Source: Craspedostauros australis (lineage: Eukaryota). Taken from it: a stretch of 64,000 bases of DNA. Shown in pieces: positions 60,307 to 64,000 of the stretch (position 1 is its first letter; the number at the start of each line of letters is the position of its first letter). Below the pieces are notes generated by a model. The model was not told the origin of the DNA and made no database searches. It was given only the letters and a program-made list of their open reading frames with translations. Both the position numbers and the translations under genes were made by a program. Location of the stretch: assembly GCA_030167865.1 (NCBI GenBank), contig JALAGF010005593.1, forward strand, positions 1-64,000. The letters run 5' to 3'.

Positions 60307-63300
60307 CTAGTATGAATAAGGTGACCCAACAGCCTGCCGTATTTCATCCATGTGCTGCTGCACGGTTTGGTCGGCCCGATGCCGCCTCCTCTTCATATCC
60401 TCTTCCAGTGTCTCCAAATGCTCCATCTTGACTTGGTTCGGCACCGCAGCATGCTGGATCGTCTTCAGGATCGCACGATACCCGTAGTTGTCCACGGACT
60501 TCATTTCGCCGAACAAACGCATCACGCGCTGCACGAGGGCTGCGCCGTTCCTGGCCAGCTCATCATCGCCCTCAGGTAGCTTCGCCCCCAGCAACGCGCA
60601 TTCGTTGGCGTACGCGTTCAGCACAATGTTTTGTGGTACCTTGTTCGATCCGCGGAACTTGCTGGACATCTCCTGCAGGATCTGGTGCGCGCGATCGCCC
60701 GATCCGACTTCACCTGATCGTGCCCAGCACGTCAGCAGCGCCGTGTAACAGTACACGTTCGTTGGGAATCGCATCTCCGATACCCACCAAGCAAGCAGGG
60801 CTTCCGCATCTTCGGCGGGGACGTCGGAGTTGGAAAAAGAAGACAGCACGCCCCTCAGGATGAATTCGTTCGGTGTCAGCATCGCGTGCCGTCCGCTCGA
60901 TTTCCAATCCTCCACCAATCCCAGCATGAGCTCCTTCGCGCTGGCGGCATCGCCAATGCGGGAGTACGCATGAATCACGTCACTGTACGCTCGAACGTTG
61001 GGCTTCAAATCCGGATCATCGCTATACCGGATGCTCTCCAACAGCTGTCGCGCTTGCTTCGGCGCATCGGGGTACAATTTCAAATCTGCATTCGCCCAGC
61101 ACGAAATAGCGACCGTGTACGAAATGGTATTGGGCTTGCACCTCAGGCCCTCCTTGGCGTGCATGTCGTGCATGGATTGGAGGATGGATTGGACCTTCTC
61201 CACGTTGTCGGGATGCTTGGAATCGCGCCAGGCAGACATCAACGTTGTGAAGAGGATGGTGGTCGGATGCACGGATCGATCCTGGACCATCCAATCGAAC
61301 ACCTCCTGTGCCTTTTCTGGCCGTTCGGCACGCGCCCATGCCTTCACGACGGCCGTGTAGCATGCCGTGCTTAGTATTGCATGCCTCTCTGTGCCCTCAG
61401 TCAAACTTTCGGATCGGGCGATGTAGTGCTGAAGTTTGGCCTGTGCCCGTTCGGCCGGTGCCGAATCTCGGGGCGTCGAGAGGTTGGCCCAGATCGAGAG
61501 CAGCTGCGCCACGTGCTGGCTGGAGATCTGCGTGGACGATGACTTCGTCTCCACGCTCTCCATCAATCTCTCCGCCTCCACCGCTGTGTTAACCTTGAGT
61601 TTCGGATGCCGCGCCAACGCTCTGAGCACTGTGGTGAGCGTGCGGGCGGATGGCTCTGCATCGTGGTTGCCGTTCGCAAAATCCGTCAACATCTCGTCGA
61701 ACAGTCCCCGCGCTCTCTCGGGCTGATTGGAACGCGCCATGGCCGCCATGACCGAGTTGTACACAATCGCGTTGGGTCTGAGATTGGGTGACCCAGTGGC
61801 TTCATATGCGCGCTGCAGCTTGCGAAATACCTCGAGTGCTCGGTCCGAGGCACGTCGGCTGCTGTTGGCATCGGGCTCCACGCGTGGATACTGGGTAGAA
61901 CGATCGTTCTGTTGCACACCAGCACAGTACTTGGACCAGCAATCGATGACGATGCTGTAGCTGCCGCAGTCCGGGCCTTGATCGATCTGCCCATCCTGAA
62001 ACAGGGTCTCGAAGTCCTCGAGCAGCTGCTGCGCTTCTTCTGCCGCTTTCCACATCGCATCGTGACTCGAGTAGGATTGTTTGGCGTAAGACAGCAGAAT
62101 CGCATTGAGGAACCTGGTCCTGGATGCTCCATCATGGTTGGTGCCGTCGAGGGTCTCGTCCATCTGCCGCAGCAATGGCTGAATTCGTTCTTTCTGTCCG
62201 CGCTTTGCGAAATGATGTACCACCGGTGTGAACCAGGCTTGCGATGGACGCAGTCGATCTCCGAACTTGTCGGGATGCTGGAATCGCAATGACTTCGCCC
62301 GTTCGATCCATGCAATGGCTCGATCCGGATCATCGACGGCGAGCCACACATGAATCACCTCCGCCACAAGGAAGGAGTCGGGATAAGCCTTAGCAGCAAC
62401 AGATCTCCCACTCTCGTTGTCGCCATCTTCCGCGCTACGGATAAGCTCTTCCATGGCCTCATCCACTTGCTCTGCGCTGGTAGCGTCCAAGTAGGAGGCG
62501 TGGCGCATGGCATTGAAAATCATGGTGTAGGCTTGGACGCTGGGCGTTGTGATCAGTGCATATTTCGTTCGCACATTCTCCAACAGCTGAACAGGCGATG
62601 GGATGCCAGGAGGCCGGTCTTGCTCCCGCTGCTTTTTGGTCTGATTCGTCCAGATCTGCCAGTGATTGATGATGCCACCCAAGTGCTTGGTCGGAACGAT
62701 GCCTCTATCCGTTGGTACATCTGATGGTGATGGTGATGCTGCTGATGCCGTGGCGGTGACTTGCTTCTCCTCTGCCATGCGATCGAGAATCCCGAATGCC
62801 CGCTGCAAGGCAGTGTCTTTGTACCCGCCGTTGTACCAGAATGAGAGACATTCCTTCGCCGAGTTCCAATCATCTGAACTGAACTCTCCTTTTGGAATCG
62901 ACATCAACTCGTCCGTCATCGTTTGCCAGCTTTTGCGATACGAGTTGTCTCTGTAATTCCTGTCGTTGTACCACGCCAAGTCTCTCGCCCTATGCTTCGA
63001 TAGTTGGTTCTGGCGGCTTCCTTGATGTCGTTGATTTCGACCTTGTCGTGGATGTTGGTTGCGATGATTCTGATTTTGTCTGCGGTTTGGATGAGGGCTG
63101 TACGAGCTCGTCTCTTCATGGCGCGTGCTGCGACGAGCTGCAGTCGTAATGTTTGTGCTGGATCCATGTGAAGAGCTGGCGAAGCAACGCACCGGAGAAC
63201 GCGAAATCCCTTGCCTCCTGCTGAGCCGTGCTGTCGCCATGGTGATGTGCTGCGGCAGAGCTGGGCGGAGCATGTTTGGGCATTCACCTGATTGATGGAA

Positions 63301-63519
63301 CTGAGCAGCTTTCCATGTGAACATCGATGCCGATGGTGGTGTTGCTGTTGGCATTCGTTCTTGGACGAAGGTGGACGTGGAGGCTGCTTGTGCCATTCTG
63401 GCAGAGCCCGTGCCGGCAGCGCCCCGTGCCTTGACGGCAAGCCTCGAAGCTACCGTTCTCATCGTTTGCAAAGTAGCACTCCTTCTCATCATCAGGTTCA
63501 TCATCGTTGTGGACGACAT
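60307..63519 (-). CDS. Pentatricopeptide repeat (PPR) protein, probably mitochondrial
   Basis: Repeated PPR motifs (PDCGSYSIVIDCWSK, PNAIVYNSVMAAMAR, PTTILFTTLMSAW, PNTISYTVAISCWA, PNVRAYSDVIHAYSR, TNVYCYTALLTCWAR); Arg/Ser/Ala-rich presequence from MSSTTMMN. The frame is open further upstream. Confidence 0.92.
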   Translation of the reverse strand: MSSTTMMNLMMRRSATLQTMRTVASRLAVKARGAAGTGSARMAQAASTSTFVQERMPTATPPSASMFTWKAAQFHQSGECPNMLRPALPQHITMATARLSRRQGISRSPVRCFASSSHGSSTNITTAARRSTRHEETSSYSPHPNRRQNQNHRNQHPRQGRNQRHQGSRQNQLSKHRARDLAWYNDRNYRDNSYRKSWQTMTDELMSIPKGEFSSDDWNSAKECLSFWYNGGYKDTALQRAFGILDRMAEEKQVTATASAASPSPSDVPTDRGIVPTKHLGGIINHWQIWTNQTKKQREQDRPPGIPSPVQLLENVRTKYALITTPSVQAYTMIFNAMRHASYLDATSAEQVDEAMEELIRSAEDGDNESGRSVAAKAYPDSFLVAEVIHVWLAVDDPDRAIAWIERAKSLRFQHPDKFGDRLRPSQAWFTPVVHHFAKRGQKERIQPLLRQMDETLDGTNHDGASRTRFLNAILLSYAKQSYSSHDAMWKAAEEAQQLLEDFETLFQDGQIDQGPDCGSYSIVIDCWSKYCAGVQQNDRSTQYPRVEPDANSSRRASDRALEVFRKLQRAYEATGSPNLRPNAIVYNSVMAAMARSNQPERARGLFDEMLTDFANGNHDAEPSARTLTTVLRALARHPKLKVNTAVEAERLMESVETKSSSTQISSQHVAQLLSIWANLSTPRDSAPAERAQAKLQHYIARSESLTEGTERHAILSTACYTAVVKAWARAERPEKAQEVFDWMVQDRSVHPTTILFTTLMSAWRDSKHPDNVEKVQSILQSMHDMHAKEGLRCKPNTISYTVAISCWANADLKLYPDAPKQARQLLESIRYSDDPDLKPNVRAYSDVIHAYSRIGDAASAKELMLGLVEDWKSSGRHAMLTPNEFILRGVLSSFSNSDVPAEDAEALLAWWVSEMRFPTNVYCYTALLTCWARSGEVGSGDRAHQILQEMSSKFRGSNKVPQNIVLNAYANECALLGAKLPEGDDELARNGAALVQRVMRLFGEMKSVDNYGYRAILKTIQHAAVPNQVKMEHLETLEEDMKRRRHRADQTVQQHMDEIRQAVGSPYSY

Positions 63520-64000
63520 GTTACGGCACGAGTACTCGTGAGGACTCCATGCGCTTGGAATGAAGGTGAGCGAAGGAGACGGTGTCAGCAGCTCCGAGGG
63601 AGGCACGTGGCTTGGATGGCTGCGTGAACGGTTGTTGGCCTCTTGTTTGATTTGGTGTTGAGCTTCAAACGTGCATGACGCCATCATGTTCATACGTGTC
63701 AAGGAAGAGGATGATGGCCGACTCAGCCGACCGTCGATAGATGTTGACCCATACGATTTCAACCAGGTCGTGAATGACGTCATGCTGCTTCCACCAATCA
63801 AAGGGAGCCATGGCGCGTGAATCGTCATCAGCCAAAAAAGAAGGAACGAGTGCTTCGTTTCTCACGCGTTCTCACCACACATCAACGCGTCTCGATCCGC
63901 ACCGCCCAAAACCAAAAAGAAAATCTTCATGCATCGCCACAGAACAACAGCCACCGCAAACAACACGAGCACACGAGGAGACGCAAGCCTGTGGACAAGT

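Overview
Gene-dense eukaryotic nuclear DNA with GT-AG introns, most likely from a diatom (inferred from a stramenopile-type calmodulin and a CoDi-like Ty1/copia element). About 20 protein-coding genes are supported: PDS5, CWF19L2, 6-phosphogluconolactonase, DPY30, calmodulin plus a calmodulin-like paralog, a DUF4536-like protein, phosphoglucomutase, a TcdA/TCD-like ThiF enzyme, CCDC130/YJU2B, a TTC14-like TPR protein, RMI1, a HAD-like protein, AFG1 ATPase, an arrestin-domain protein, a DNRLRE-like membrane protein, a PPR protein and several hypotheticals. The accessory part is 19.4-27.5 kb. There, an ~8 kb element bounded by 42-bp inverted repeats (no clear TSD, perfect hairpin at its right end, unrecognised decayed ORF) is interrupted by a full-length but decayed copia retrotransposon with 162/163-bp LTRs, a 5-bp TSD and a PPT. 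Its primer-binding site matches the anticodon arm of tRNA-Lys(CUU) rather than a tRNA 3' end, which suggests half-tRNA-Lys priming. Gene models were spliced by hand and family calls come from motif recall; no database searches were run.
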